Source: Emiliania huxleyi CCMP1516 (taxonomy: Eukaryota). Taken from it: a stretch of DNA of 47,866 nucleotides. Of the stretch, positions 27,663-39,914 are shown one piece after another; the stretch's first letter is position 1; the number at the start of each line of letters is the position of its first letter. Location: contig NW_005201259.1 of the NCBI RefSeq assembly GCF_000372725.1, positions 283,015-330,880 of the forward strand, written 5' to 3'. Under the pieces are notes generated by a model. It was not told the origin of the DNA, made no database searches, and saw only the letters and a program-made list of their open reading frames with translations. The translations under genes were made by a program, and so were the position numbers.

Positions 27663-29000
27663 ATGCCGCGCGTCTGCGTCGACTGCGGCAAGAGCCTCGT
27701 GGCTGTCGGCACCGCCCGCGTTGGCGGGAAGCAATCGCATGGCGACTGGGCAACGCGGCGGCTTCATAAGCAGTGCCTCGCCGCTCGCAATCGCGCAGGC
27801 AAGGCGATGGAGGAGCCGGGGCCCTACGAGGAGGAGCACCGCGCCGCGGTCGACACTGGCGCGCCCGGCTCCTACTCGCAGCGCAAGCGAAGGCACGATG
27901 GCGCTCCATCGACGCCGCCGCGGAGAGCGGGGCCGTTTGGCATGCCGGCCAGCATCGGTCGTTCGGCTTCGGGTAGCCCGGCGACGGATGACGGCCGGCA
28001 TGCCAAAGGGCCTCGGACGTACCTCGACGTGCCGTACACCGAGAAGGACGAGGCCAAGGCGCTCGGTGCGCGGTGGGACGCGATGAGGAAGAAGTGGTGG
28101 GTGTCGAACCACAGCTCGCTCGCCCCTTTTGAGCGGTGGATCGGCGCGGGCGAGGCGTGGGGTAGTAGCGCCTCCTCTGGCCCGGCTTGCGCAGCCTCGC
28201 TCAACCTCGCGGCGCGCCTGCGCAATGCGGCGCAGGAGGGAGACACGGCCGCCGCGTTCGAGTGCATTGCCGAGGCGAAAGACTGGGGGGGCGGCGGCAC
28301 GCACCCGGCCATCAATGCGTGCGGCGCCGCGCGAGGTGGCACGCGGAACGCGACGCCGCTCCGCTTCGCGGCCTTCCACGGCTACCTCGACATCGTCCGC
28401 GCGCTCCTCGAGGCGGGCGCGATCGCGACGCTTCGCGAGGTCAACGCGAACGGCGAGGATTGCCACGACGAGAAGGACGCGCTGGAGCTCGCGCGGGTCG
28501 GCAACGCGCGAAAGGGCGCGAGAGGCGACCCCGCCTCCCGCTACGCCGTGGTCAGCGCGCTCGATGGCGCCAGCGCCAAGGAACGCTTCGAGCTCACCGG
28601 CGTGACCGACCCGGCCCGCCAACACCTCAACGGTCTTGAAGTGGACGTGCGCGGCGTCAATGAAGATAGTGGCAAGTGGGTGGTGCGCCCCAAAGGGAGT
28701 ACAAACTTGTACTCCCTTTCCCAGGACAAGGTGCGGCGAAGGCCGGCGGCGGCAACGGGCGCGGCGGGGGCGGGTGCGAGGCGGCACGGAGAGGAGCAGG
28801 CCGCGGCGCAGCTCCCGGTCGGGGCCATGGGAGTGGTGCACGGCCTGTCGAGCGGGACCGCGTACAATGGCGCGGTGGTCACCATCGAGGCGCACGACCG
28901 CGACCGGAAGCGGTACACTGTGCGGTTCGTCGCGTCCGGCCGCGGGTTCGAGGAGGGCTCGCAGCTCACCTTGAAGGTGGCCAACGTGAAGCCGCTCTGA
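27663..29000 (+). CDS. Intronless mosaic protein: CxxC...HxxC zinc-like module, DUF5710-like domain, ankyrin repeat and two SH3-like repeats
   Basis: CVDCGKSLVAVGTARVGGKQSHGDWATRRLHKQC; YLDVPYTEKDEAKALGARWDAMRKKWW; TPLRFAAFHGYLDIVRALLEAGA; HGLSSGTAYNGAVVTIEAHDRDRKRYTV...LKVANV. Confidence 0.75.
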   Translation: MPRVCVDCGKSLVAVGTARVGGKQSHGDWATRRLHKQCLAARNRAGKAMEEPGPYEEEHRAAVDTGAPGSYSQRKRRHDGAPSTPPRRAGPFGMPASIGRSASGSPATDDGRHAKGPRTYLDVPYTEKDEAKALGARWDAMRKKWWVSNHSSLAPFERWIGAGEAWGSSASSGPACAASLNLAARLRNAAQEGDTAAAFECIAEAKDWGGGGTHPAINACGAARGGTRNATPLRFAAFHGYLDIVRALLEAGAIATLREVNANGEDCHDEKDALELARVGNARKGARGDPASRYAVVSALDGASAKERFELTGVTDPARQHLNGLEVDVRGVNEDSGKWVVRPKGSTNLYSLSQDKVRRRPAAATGAAGAGARRHGEEQAAAQLPVGAMGVVHGLSSGTAYNGAVVTIEAHDRDRKRYTVRFVASGRGFEEGSQLTLKVANVKPL

Positions 29001-29099
29001 CTTGGTGGGGAGGATTGTCTTAAAGCGTTAAAGGTATGTTAAGCATTGTGGTTGCTGTATAGCATAACGTGTAAGTCGTGGGCGCCCGTTTTCTTAGAG

Positions 29100-29175
29100 T
29101 GTGTGTGCCAGTCCGCGCCAGTCCGCGCCCTTGTCGTGCCAGTGTGCTGTGAGAGAGGCTTGTATCTTAAGAAAA
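29100..29175 (+). promoter_or_regulatory. Uninterrupted copy of the recurrent upstream motif
   Basis: GTGCCAGTCCGCGCCAGTCCGCGCCCTTGTCGTGCCAGTGTGCTGTGAGAGAGGCTT is nearly identical to 40590-40646 and lies ~100 bp before the SDR start codon. Confidence 0.55.
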
Positions 29176-29270
29176 CTGAGTAGTTTTGCCAACGATCCGT
29201 CTCGGGAGGACGACCCCGGCTCTAGCCGCCGTGTCTAGCTCTCGCCGCGTGTCCGCCGAGCGCCGCATAT

Positions 29271-31064
29271 ATGCTGGTACTCTCCGGCTTCGCCGCCGTC
29301 GCCGCTGTCACGCCGCGCGTGGCCGTCTTTGGCGGCAGCGGGTTCATCGGCAGCCGCGTCTGCCAGACGCTGGTCGACGCCGGCTGCGACGTGGTCTCCC
29401 TCTCGCGGACGGGCGAGGCGCCTGCCTGGGCGAGCGAGGAGCGGTGGTGCGGCCGCGTGGAGTGGCGGCAGTCCGACCTGCTCAGCGATCGCCATCCGCC
29501 ACTCGGGCACATCGACGGCGCGGTTTCGTGCGTCGGCAATATGCGACCGTCGCCTCGATGGGAGAGCGGCAGCTTCTTCGGGCTGCACTGGGACTATGAG
29601 GCGATGGTGCGTGAGAATGGGCTCGCCACGGACCGCAGCGCCGCCGCCGCCAGGCGCGCCGGCGCCTCCCGCTTCGTCTACCTCTCCGCGAGCTCGGCGC
29701 ACCAGTTTGCCTAGGCGGCGCGCTGATGGGCTATGTGGACGGCAAGGAGGCGGGCGAGGAGGCGGTGAGGCAACGGTTTGGCGACGCCGCCGCCTGCGCC
29801 GTCGGCCCGTCGCTCGTTCTCGGCGGCGGCCGTTACGCCGGCCTGCAGCAGGCCTACCGCGCGCTGGTGGACGTGCCGCTGGTGCGCCCTCTTTGCGCCG
29901 CTCCCCCGCCGCTGCCGCGCTCTCCGCTGCCACACTCTCCCTCGGGGCGCTGAATTGCCTGCCACTCTCCGACACTTTCTTCGGGGCTGTCCAGTGTCCG
30001 CCACCCGCCTCTTGCCGTCCACGGCGCTCGCAACGCCGAAACACAGGTGCGCGCGCAGACGCGGCTCTTCAAGGCGCTCAAGAGCGGCGTCTCGACCGGC
30101 TGGGTGCCGCAGGACGCCGTCGGCGAGGTGGCGCTCACACCGCCAAGTGAGGTGGCCGCTATCGCACCACCAGGCCCGGCGCTGCGCCCGGCGCCAGTGG
30201 CACGCGTGCATGACACCACCCCACGGCGCGTCGCAGGTGGGCGAGGTTGCGCGGGCGGTCTGCGCCTGCCTGCTCGGCACCGTGGGCGAGGCGCGCTTCC
30301 CCTCGTTGGGGTTGTCGAGGGGTGTCGCTATGTCCGTGACGCGTGGGTACTAGTATGGAGCGTTTCTCAGGCGCGGCTCGCCGCCTTCCGCGAGGAGCAG
30401 CGGGCGGAGTACGAGACGCGCGGCACCCCGCCCGTCCGGCTGCAGCCCGCCGTTTGCAGACCACGTCGATGACACGTCCCGCCAATTCGCGCGCGCAGGC
30501 ATCCTCGCCGACAAGGAGCGGGCCCGCGCGCTCGACTTTTGCTTTATCGACGGCAGCGACCAGATCCGGAGGGTGGCACGCGAGTGCGGCACGCCGTCGC
30601 TGCTGGCCGCCGCCGTCGCAGGGGGGGGACTTGCTGCGGCCGGCGGCGAGGTGGTGGCGGCGGAGGCTGAGGCGGAGGCGGAGGCGGAGGCGGAGGCGCG
30701 GTGGCAGAGGGTGCCCATTGACATGCGCCCGGTGGACTCGCCGACGTTGGAGAATGCGCCGCTAAGCGCCGCTCTCGCCGCCGAGCCGGCCCTGTGGCGC
30801 TCCTTTACCCCCGCCGAGCTGAGCGCCTTTGGCCTCGCCCCGCCCGAGGAGCTGGCCGGCCGCTACATCCGCGTGGGCGAGCCGGGCGCGCAGTTCTGGT
30901 ACCACCCGTTCGATGTCGAGGCGGCGCAGTCGCCCTCGGCGCACGGCGCGCCAAATGAGGGCGCTCTCTACGGCTTCCGTCCCCTTCTCTACCCGTGGCC
31001 GCCCGCCGCCCTTCTGTTTGGCTCGTTTGCGGCCGCGATCCTTTCATCAGCTAACATAGCATGA
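29271..31064 (+). CDS. NAD(P)-binding Rossmann-fold protein (atypical SDR / epimerase-like), multi-exon
   Basis: VAVFGGSGFIGSRVC...VVSLSRTG, AVSCVG, RFVYLSAS, GYVDGK and VGEVARAV. Several GC/GT-AG introns. Hydrophobic C-terminus. Confidence 0.8.
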
Positions 31065-32577
31065 GCGTTGTCTCGAGCCGCGGGGAGCCGACGGTTTGAG
31101 GCCGACACACCCGTCTGCGGTCTGCCGCGCTCTGGTACAGTTGTCAGAGTTGGCTGAGCATGGCATATAAAGCCGTATGTACACGCTGTGTCACAAAGAT
31201 TTCGTCCGCGCGGGTGGCAGCCTAGTCCCTAGAGCCGCGACTAGCGCGCACGTGCCGACCGCGACGCCGACGTTCCTCAGCGCCCCGTTCGCGCGGTCGA
31301 GCATTCAAGACCGCGGAGACGCCCACAAGGATTTCCCACGATGCACCGAATGCTCAATGGTGCGGCACGACGGTCAAGGACAAGGTGTGGCACGAAGAAC
31401 GCTGACGGTGACGCTAGAATTGGATCGTAGACCGCGTGAATGGGGCCAAACAAGTGGCGTGCCAATCCACGCACCACGGTGCACTGGACTGGTTGGGTAG
31501 TAGTCTAAGTTCTGACGCCTCGACGCCTAGCGCGTAGCGGGTCTAAGTGTGCACGTGCACGCTGGGGTGCTTGCGCGGTCTAAGATCAGCGGGAGCCGCT
31601 TACATCGGCTAAGTCGGCCGTGGACGGCCTGGGGCCAAGAGGCTCCCACCGTGATCCGTGATCGATACAGTACGGCGCTCCGCCCAAATTTTCTTCGCCT
31701 GCGGCGGGCGCCTACTAAAATCCGGATCGATCCTCCTCATGCCTCAGCAATCGCCGCTCGGCATCCTCCCCTTCCGATTCTCGTTGCTGCTTCTTGAGCG
31801 CAATCTCTAGCCAAACATTTCTCACAAACAGCCTCAAGCTCAAACAAACGCATGTCAGAGAATCCTGTGTATGCTTGTCCTCTTTGAACGATCCGCGCGT
31901 GAAGGTAGGAAGCATAGGACCTTGTTGGCAGCAGCCAGCTTGTTGCGCTGCTTCGTTGCGATGAGCTGATTGGGATCACAGAAGTGCATATCCATGCCAA
32001 AGCACCGCCACGATCTTGAAGCAGAACACATCGCAACCGCATCGTCCGCACTGCCATCAGCATGCCGCGCCCGCCGCTTCGCCGCAGCCACCTTACGGCA
32101 CGCATAGCATCCACGGACGGGCTACAAAAACTCCGCTCGCCGAGTTTTGCATTCGCGCGCGAGGGGCAGCCGTTCCCACGTCCCACGACAATCCCACGAC
32201 GATCATGTGAAAGAAGAACAGCGATCGCCACCTCGCTGGCCTCTCCGCAAGGCCCCCCGACCGCGTCGAACTCATCGGCGCGGGCTCTCACGGCTACGGG
32301 ACCGGCCCCAGCTTCGGCTGAGGGCTGACAAGGAAAGAAAAATCTCTCTCTCTGACAAGCTGCCGAGCCCAAATCACTGTGAGAGTCGTGATTTCTTGTT
32401 GGTTTTCTAAAATCATGTGCCTCGGCATGGTGCGACGCAACACATGGAGTGCCCTTTTCCTCCTTGAAAGGGAAGAGGGAATAAACGTCATTTTCTCCTA
32501 AGGGAAGAGGTGTATTTATTTTTGCTTGGGCGGACAGCATGATGAAATTCTGGAAAAACCTGACCGGCCCCTGCCCT

Positions 32578-32610
32578 GCCCCTACCTACCTACCTACCTA
32601 CCCTACCCTA
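32578..32610. repeat. (CCTA)n / (CCCTA)n microsatellite
   Basis: cctacctacctacctacctaccctacccta. Confidence 0.8.
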
Positions 32611-32916
32611 TTTATGGGGAAACTAAAAAGAAATCACGTGGGCGTGAAGGTGGGGTACTATACCAACTAAAGTGATGGCTGGTGGTACTCTCCTGCAACC
32701 ACAGTCCTTCCTGTGGCATGGCAGGCCACTCTCAAGGCCATACAAGCATCAGATCACCCACTTGGGGAGGGTTGACATCGTGATTTCGCCGGAAAATTTC
32801 TTTTTTTGAAACCGGCGTGAAGAGAGGAAAACCCCGACGGGAGGGCCCAGACCTACCCTACCTACCCCGTCATGCTGTCCGCCCAAGCAAAAATAAAATA
32901 CACCTGAGGGAAGAGC

Positions 32917-32930
32917 AAAAAACTGAAAAA
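32917..32930 (-). terminator. RNA polymerase III oligo-T terminator
   Basis: TTTTT and TTTTTT runs begin 4 nt downstream of the tRNA on the minus strand. Confidence 0.75.
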
Positions 32931-32934
32931 GACG

Positions 32935-33016
32935 TGACTGAAGTGGGATTCGAACCCACGCCCCTTTCGAGACTACGACCTGAACGTAGCGCCTTGGACC
33001 GCTCGGCCATCCAGTC
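32935..33016 (-). tRNA. tRNA-Leu (anticodon CAG)
   Basis: Acceptor stem GACTGGA/TTCAGTC, D-arm TGGCCGAGCGGTCCAAGGC, anticodon arm CTACG-TTCAGGT-CGTAG, long variable arm, T-loop GGTTCGAATCC. Confidence 0.97.
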
Positions 33017-33570
33017 AGTTTGCTGTGAAATCGAGCGAGATCGGGCGACTCATATACCGTGAAGAAAAAAGTTATTTTTTTCTTATGTGTTGGAGGAGAT
33101 GGGGTGTATGAGTGTGTGATGGGGGTGAGAGGGGATGGGGTGGTGATGGTAAGAGGGAAAATGAGAATTTTTTTCAATTTGTAAATAAAATTTCCCTTTC
33201 TTAAATGGGAGATGGTTTGAATGGGAGGAGATGGGTTGTTTTGTGTGTGATGGGTTTGCGAGGGGATGGGGTGGTGATGGTAAGAGGGGAAATGGGAGGA
33301 TGATATGGAATATAATGGAGGGGAAGATGGGGATGGTGATGGAGTGGTGTGTGGAGAGGGGAATGGGATAGTGCTGTCGGGTATTTTTTTAAAGAGAAAG
33401 TAAACAACAATAGATGGTGGGAAGCGAAATGCAAATGGGCAGAGAGAGAGAGAGAGAGAGTTTTGTTGAATGGGCAACAATTGATGGGGGCGGACTTCAC
33501 CCGTCACTGCCAACTGTGAGGCGCCCAAAAAGAAATCATCTGGTCCCGCGGCGCAGCACACGACCTTCAC

Positions 33571-34374
33571 ATGTCCGCCAGCACCTTCTCGAACTGGGCG
33601 AATCTGGTCGATGCTTGCCAGGACTACGCTCAAAGGTCGGGCTGGCGCTTCAACCGCGTAGAGTTCATGCGGCTCGATGGGCCGCAGCCCAACGCGGCGC
33701 TGCACGAGGCGCGGCTGCGTGCGATGCCGGCCGTGCTCGAGTACGGGCAGCGGCTGCAGTCGGCGGCGGAGGTTGGCTCGTCAGAGTCGGAGCTGCTGCA
33801 AGAGTTCCTCTGCTGCCAGAAGCTGGTCTCCTCCGAGGCTGTCCTCAACGCCATCATCTCCATCTGCAAGGCGCTCGAGCTGCCCGGCTTCGACGGCAAG
33901 GCGACGGCCGGCCGCGGCAGCGGCAGCGGTTTCGACGTTGCGTACCACGACATGACGGCACCTCTCGAGGTGATCGCGCGCCGCCTCCGCAATCACCTCG
34001 CCATGATCGACGCCAACGAGGAGGCGCGCGAGCGGCGCAACGCGCGCGTGCTGCAGGCGTCGTTCATCACCGAGTTTGGGCTCGAGCACGGGCTGCCGGA
34101 GGTGCGCGACCCGACGGCGGAGGCGATGCTCTCGGACTTTCTGCTCCGCGTGACCGAGTGGGGCCGCCGCGACAGGGCCTCAGCCGAGCGCGTCAAGTCG
34201 CTCAACCTCGAGGGGCAGGTCCCGCCCGGCCGCGCCCACGCCGCCACCCGCGCCGCGCTCTCGAGGTGGGTGGAGCAGAACCAGCGCGAGGTGCTGATTG
34301 GCGGGGCGGTCGCCGTCGCCAGCCTCGCCGTCGGCGCCGCCCTCTTTGCAGGGCTGGCCAAGGGACGGCGCTGA
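33571..34374 (+). CDS. Hypothetical protein with a C-terminal transmembrane helix (tail-anchor-like)
   Basis: 267-aa intronless ORF with host-like GC3 bias, ending VLIGGAVAVASLAVGAALFAGLAKGRR. Confidence 0.7.
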   Translation: MSASTFSNWANLVDACQDYAQRSGWRFNRVEFMRLDGPQPNAALHEARLRAMPAVLEYGQRLQSAAEVGSSESELLQEFLCCQKLVSSEAVLNAIISICKALELPGFDGKATAGRGSGSGFDVAYHDMTAPLEVIARRLRNHLAMIDANEEARERRNARVLQASFITEFGLEHGLPEVRDPTAEAMLSDFLLRVTEWGRRDRASAERVKSLNLEGQVPPGRAHAATRAALSRWVEQNQREVLIGGAVAVASLAVGAALFAGLAKGRR

Positions 34375-36216
34375 GATGGGGAGAGGGGAGGGAGCGGATA
34401 CACGTCAGTACGGCTCTCTACGGCGCTCTCTACGGCGGGAGCCGCTGACCGCGAGCACGAGCACTTGGAGCACTTGGAGGAGTGTAGTGTGCGATCAGAT
34501 CAATAATTCGGCCATGGGTTCACCCGGCGCGGCGGCGGCGCGGCTCCAACCTCCAAGCTCCAAGCACGCCCCCCCGCCCCGCCAGCCGCCTCCCCTCATA
34601 AAGAGCGGCGTCGTGTTACAAGTGAATAGTGATCAAGTGTCGTGGGTGTAATATAGTGTGGGCCGACTACACGGTGAGCCATACGGACCTTGCACAAAAC
34701 CTTTCCTTCTAAGCAGGGCTACACAATGACCCTATAGTGTGGGGGTGTTCCTGTGGCGAGTTGTGATGAGTTTGAGTAGAACGATTAGAACTAGCCAATA
34801 CTTTTTTCGGCCCCGGGAGGGCGGGGGCGCGGGTAGAGGTAGGGCTGGCCTGGGGCTGGCGAGGTACTCCCACGCCTCTCGGGGTTTTTGTCTGGCCGAG
34901 TCAACCCGAGATGCTGGGGCGAGCCTCGGCGAGACTGCGTCAGCTGTTCCCACAGCAGGCTGGAAGTACCTCGCCAGCCCGCCGAGAGGACCGACGAGGT
35001 CCCACGAGAGCGCTTCGCCTGCGGCGCGCCTGCCCGGCCATGGACCAGGCTTCACCGCCGCTTGCTGACGGCTGATCGCATCGCCTACTGCATCGCGAAT
35101 GGCCAGTGCCGCGACCACTTGGACCTTGCACTGCCTGCCTGCTGACCCGGTGCAAAGAATCTGCGTCTCAGCTCTTCGGCGCATTGATTGTGCATGATTG
35201 CTCAAGTGGCTCGAATTGGCAATCCACCGCAATGCGAACATGGATGGAGAGCATATGCAACACGGACGCAGGCTTGCCGTTGGCGACGTCGGTTATCAGA
35301 GGGGTCACATAGTGACGCGCTCGATGGGATGCTGCATTGACGCAGACAGCAAAAGCATCGCAGCGGAGACCTTCTCAGGAGTGGCGGCTCGCACCATGCG
35401 GCAGTGCGGACACCAGGTGCGCGAATTTAAGAGCCATTTTCGATTACGTGGTTTTGGCACTGTCTACCCGGCCCCCCTCTCGCTCTCGTAGCCGCAGCCG
35501 TAGCCGCAGCCCCAACTCTTGCCGCTCTTCCGTGTCGGGTTGTGACGAGGGGTGAGGGGACACGGATTGAAGATCCCTCACACCAAGATCGTGCAGGGCG
35601 GGGACACATGTCCCTAAATCCCATCTCGTCTCAGAGTTTGACCGTTTTATTTATTGACCCGCCCCGACGCCCGAGCACACCCGGGGCCGTGTGTCCACCT
35701 ATCTCGACGGTGTGCAAAGAGCGCCGATACACCCGTCGGGCCTGTCATGAATGCTGATATGTGAAAACCGCCGAAAATCGCGACGCTACAAGTGAGAGAG
35801 AGAGACGTACGTCGTACAAGTGAGAGAGAGAGACAAGTGAAAGGCCGTCCCGCGAAGCTTCAGCGCCGCTGAGAAGCTGGTGGCAGCCACTCACGCAGTC
35901 CGCCGGCCTTCCTTCGCGGCCTACCGGCACCAACTTGATTCCCGGATCGGCGTCGTCTCATGGCCGGGTCGCGGGACGGGGAGGGAGGGGGGTCGATCCG
36001 TAAATCCGTAAATCCGTAAATTTGTAACCAAAAGCCACCAGGGAGTCCCCCACCGCACCCAGCTACCAGGCAGGCAGAGACTCAGCGCTCGCGACATGCT
36101 GAGAAGCCGGGGGCTGGCCTCTCCAATGCTCGCGCAGCGCTGTCTGCACGCGCAGCGCCCTCCGGGGTCCGGGCGGCCCACACGGTGGGAGGGTCGACGA
36201 CCGTACGACTGTAACG

Positions 36217-37029
36217 CTACGTATATCTCTTAACAATCACTTGTTCGCGCTTGCGCTGCGCCTCTGCGAGTGCGTCTATCAACCCCTCACGCGTGCGCAT
36301 AATCCCCTCCATCTTGTCATACAGCCTTGACCTCTCTGCCTCTGCGGCATCAGCGCGCCTCGCCTCTGCCTCCATCGAAATCTGCAGCGCGTCGAGCTGC
36401 TCGCGCAGCTCGGCCTGCATCTTGGCCCGCATCTCGCCGATACGCCACTCACACTCAGCTCGAGCTGCATGATTTGCCTGGTCGGCCATCCGCTCAGCCG
36501 CTTTGATGTCGCGTTTAGCAGCCTGCTGCGCTGTCCTCAGGTTGTCGCAGTCGGAGCGCCTCAGCTCTTGTGCCGCAGCAAGCTCATCCTGCGCCGACGC
36601 GAGCACCCTCTTCACAGCGCTCACCGAGCGCTGCTCAGAAGCGAGCTCCTTGGTCTGTGACCGCAACTTCTCTTCCAACTCCTGCCGGAGCAGCACCTCA
36701 GCACTCGCACTACTCGCGGCTGCATGGATGTCCGAGCCCTTTAGCGTGGTGTGCGCGTCTGTGCTGACGAGAGTGCGGGAGATGCTGCCCTCGTGCTGAA
36801 CAGAGATTGCGCCAGCAGTAGCAGTGCTGCTTCGGCACACAACAACATTGCTCGTGGCCGAGCTGGCATAAACCGCCGCACCAGCCTCTGCGGCTGCAGC
36901 GGTGCTTCGGATCGCGTCGAGCACCGCGCCTGTATCGTGCATGAGCACAGCCTCGAACATACTGAGGTTGGCTATTCCGAGTTCGTTGAGCAGGCGCTCC
37001 AGCACAATGCTGAGCTGCGTCGGTGCCAT
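36217..37029 (-). CDS. Coiled-coil ORF, probably a truncated gene or transposon-derived fragment
   Basis: Long E/K/R/A-rich heptad stretch with lower GC3 than neighbouring genes, in a repeat-rich intergenic tract. Confidence 0.4.
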   Translation of the reverse strand: MAPTQLSIVLERLLNELGIANLSMFEAVLMHDTGAVLDAIRSTAAAAEAGAAVYASSATSNVVVCRSSTATAGAISVQHEGSISRTLVSTDAHTTLKGSDIHAAASSASAEVLLRQELEEKLRSQTKELASEQRSVSAVKRVLASAQDELAAAQELRRSDCDNLRTAQQAAKRDIKAAERMADQANHAARAECEWRIGEMRAKMQAELREQLDALQISMEAEARRADAAEAERSRLYDKMEGIMRTREGLIDALAEAQRKREQVIVKRYT

Positions 37030-38295
37030 TTGTCGACGTGTCCAAGGGAACGGCCGTCGCCGAAAGTCCTTCCGAAAAGTACGTCTAACGCCTCCTGCTA
37101 GCTGGGGCACGCTCCCATGCGGCTGGGGGCCGCTCTCCAGCTCGATTAGGGCGCTTTTCGCGCGATTTTACGGAATTACGGATTGGAGGGGGGTGGCGGC
37201 ACATAGGGGGAGGGGGAGACGCCGATCCGGGAATCAAGTTGGTGCCGGCTATGTGCACTGTAGGAGCACCGAACGCACCGTTGGAGCCGGCTTTCATGCA
37301 ACGTGGTTGCGTTCCTGTGGAGCCTATTCAATAACATCGCGCCGTCCCGAACTCTCAGCGTGAGCTGATCCACACATTCCGGCGCCCAACTCGGCCCGAT
37401 GCTAGGCCCGATGACGCTCTCATGGCGACAGATCAGTGCACTGTGGGAGCACATACCGAGCAACACGCTGGCGCCTCATTTTGTCGACGCGTAGCCGCGC
37501 TCCAGAGCCTATTCAATAGTATGGCCTAGAGAATGGCTCCACGCTGTGTGTCTTCAGAGACCTTGTGGTGTCGTGTGTGCGTCGCCTGTGTGAGCTTCCT
37601 CCACCAGACTGTACAGTGTAATTTTGCTGCTGTTGACTCTGACTATCTACTTAAATCTTGCCCAACCGATCATCTTGTTCCTTTTTACCCATCACAGTAG
37701 AGGCGTCCGTTTTATTTATTTATTTTGCGATTTGGGTTTTGGATTTTAGATGATTCTTTGTTTATTTATTTAAGGGGTGGGAGAAGGACAGGGTCCCCAC
37801 CTGCGCGAGCAGGATCTTGGAACAGGACGATCAGGGACACAGGGGAACGGGAGCGGGGAGCGCATCGCAACACGGAGGGGGGCTGGGCAGGGTTCACCCA
37901 CACGACAGGGTCCCAGGGATCCCCCTCTCGTATAGGACAAAGTTGCACCCGGCGGCACGGGGGCAGGCGCGGGCCTCCTACTGGTTGCGCTCTCCTAGTT
38001 CTCCTGCTACGGACAAAAGGGACAGCGACAGGTTCGCAGCACGGTGGACTCCCTATTCCACGGGCGATCTCTTCGACTAGCGACCTTCCTCCGGCTTCTC
38101 GCTGGCAGTCTCTCACTATCACGGGCACACTGACAGAGGCAGCCAAGGCTCACGCCGTGGGTGGGGCAGCGTGGCAGGGCCGGTGATAGGAGTCTCCCAC
38201 GCTGTGGGGCTTCGCTAGAGGTGCGGCCGACGCGTGTCCTCGCCCTTGCGGTCTTGAGGGGGAAGGGGAAGGGGCTGTGTGTCTGTGCATGTGAG

Positions 38296-38306
38296 TGCGT
38301 GCGTGC

Positions 38307-38386
<80 letters not shown>
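38296..38386. repeat. (GCGT)n followed by (GT)n microsatellite
   Basis: Directly visible. Confidence 0.95.
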
Positions 38387-38388
<2 letters not shown>

Positions 38389-39478
38389 TCGCGCGGGCGC
38401 TGCGCGAGCCGCCCTGCCCGCTGCGCTGCTAGGGTTGCGCCGCGGGAAGGGCTCGGCGGCCGCTTCTAGGACTCGTCGTCGCTCTCCCCGTAGAGCGAGG
38501 GCTCGTTGGACTCGAGGCGTGGGCCGCCGTCGTAGGGGGAGCGGGCGGCTCCGCGAGCGGCGCGCGCCCAGTCCTTCTTGCCCTTGCCGCCGCCGCCGCC
38601 TGGGACGCCGCGGTTGCGGCCGCCGCCGCGCCGCCCGCGGCTCGTGCCGAGCCTCACCGCCCTCGGCATCCGCTCGTAGACGGAGCCCTTGAGGGCGGTC
38701 TCGAGTAGCTCCTCGAAGTTGGTGCACGGCGCGTAGCGGCAGCTGGCGCTGAACTTGCACGGGAGGCCGGTCTGAGTTTGGGCAGAAGCCCAGCCCGCCG
38801 CGCGCCGCCCGCAGAGTTTGACCGTCTTGTTAAGGTCCTCCGGGCCAGTTTCGGGTGGCAAACCCTGCCCACCCCCTAGAGCCCCAGGAAAGGAGGGTCG
38901 GGACCCTGAGAAGACGGGGGGTGAGCCCTCAGGCGGGGGGGTCTACTCAAGTGCCTGCGCGAGTGAGTGCGGAGTGGTGGTGTGGGGCGTGCAGTGTGGT
39001 GTTCATTAGCGCCGAGTAGAGGGGGCGTCCTGCAGTTAAGGGGAAACCCGGTACGCGGGGCCAACCCTCGGAGACCCGTGTTTACTTTACGGCCCTTTCC
39101 CTGCGAACGCGCACCCCCGGGGCTAGGGCTCTCTAGCCCGTAACCCGATACCGACCATCCGGCCCGCTAGGTGCGCTCCTTAGCTCCCCGGCCCTGGATG
39201 TGAGGTTGATGACTGCACTCCAAGTGCTCCAAGTGCCCCCACCCAGGTAAGTAAGGCCCAGGTGTGGCCTAGGGCATCAGAAGGGACCAAGTCCAAGAGG
39301 AGTCCAGTCTGAGCCATAGAGCCCATGTCTTTGCCCCCGAAGGTCGCGTTCAAATGCCCGGAACGGACGCCTCAGTGGTGTCCGGCCGGCGCGATCATCG
39401 AGCTGTGACGCTCAGGGAAGCCTGTTGAGGTACTGGTTTCTTTGCCCAGGGCTGGCCTTCCCCCCAGGCTGGATCAGC

Positions 39479-39914
39479 TTAGGCTGTACGAGGTTTTCCT
39501 CTCGCACCCCGTCTGTTTTCCTTTCCTTTTTTCTCTACAGCACCCTCTCTTTTCCTCTCTATTTTCCCGATAAAACTCCGTGGAAATCGTCAAATTTTTG
39601 GCTCTGAGCCGAGTCTGAGGCTGGTTTGGGCCCAAAATCAGCCAAATTTTAGGCCAAATCGTCAAAATGCCGGGAATTTTGCGGAGAACCCGTGTAGACC
39701 TGGAAATTACCCTGCGACCGCCTGGGTATTTTGTCGATTCCTCAATTTTGCCTCAGATTTTGCCCCAGACCAGCTCTCAGACTCAGGGAAACTCGCGAGT
39801 TTCCAGAATGGAGCACCAAACACCCTCTGTTTTCCCTGGAAATTTCCGGCAACGCAAAGTGCTGGGGACCCTCTCTTTTCCTTTTTGTTTTCCGGAAAAC
39901 CTCGTACAGGCCAA
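39479..39914. mobile_element. MITE, 436 bp, with ~21-bp TIRs and an 8(9)-bp TSD
   Basis: Left end TTAGGCTGTACGAGGTTTTCC; right end reverse complement TTGGCCTGTACGAGGTTTTCC. GGATCAGC(T) is duplicated at 39471 and 39915. AT-richer interior with no credible ORF. Confidence 0.85.

Noticed and set aside
32578..32610. CCCTA repeats as an interstitial telomere
   Set aside because: Units are CCTA/CCCTA rather than CCCTAA, and the tract is short.
32749..33705. 318-aa minus-strand ORF
   Set aside because: It runs through the tRNA and a low-complexity, probably low-quality tract.
39150..39255. Minus strand TACTTACCTGG resembling the 5' end of U1 snRNA
   Set aside because: No GATCA-GAAG loop I, no ATTGCAC loop II and no Sm site. 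It is just a consensus donor-like CAGGTAAGT on the + strand.
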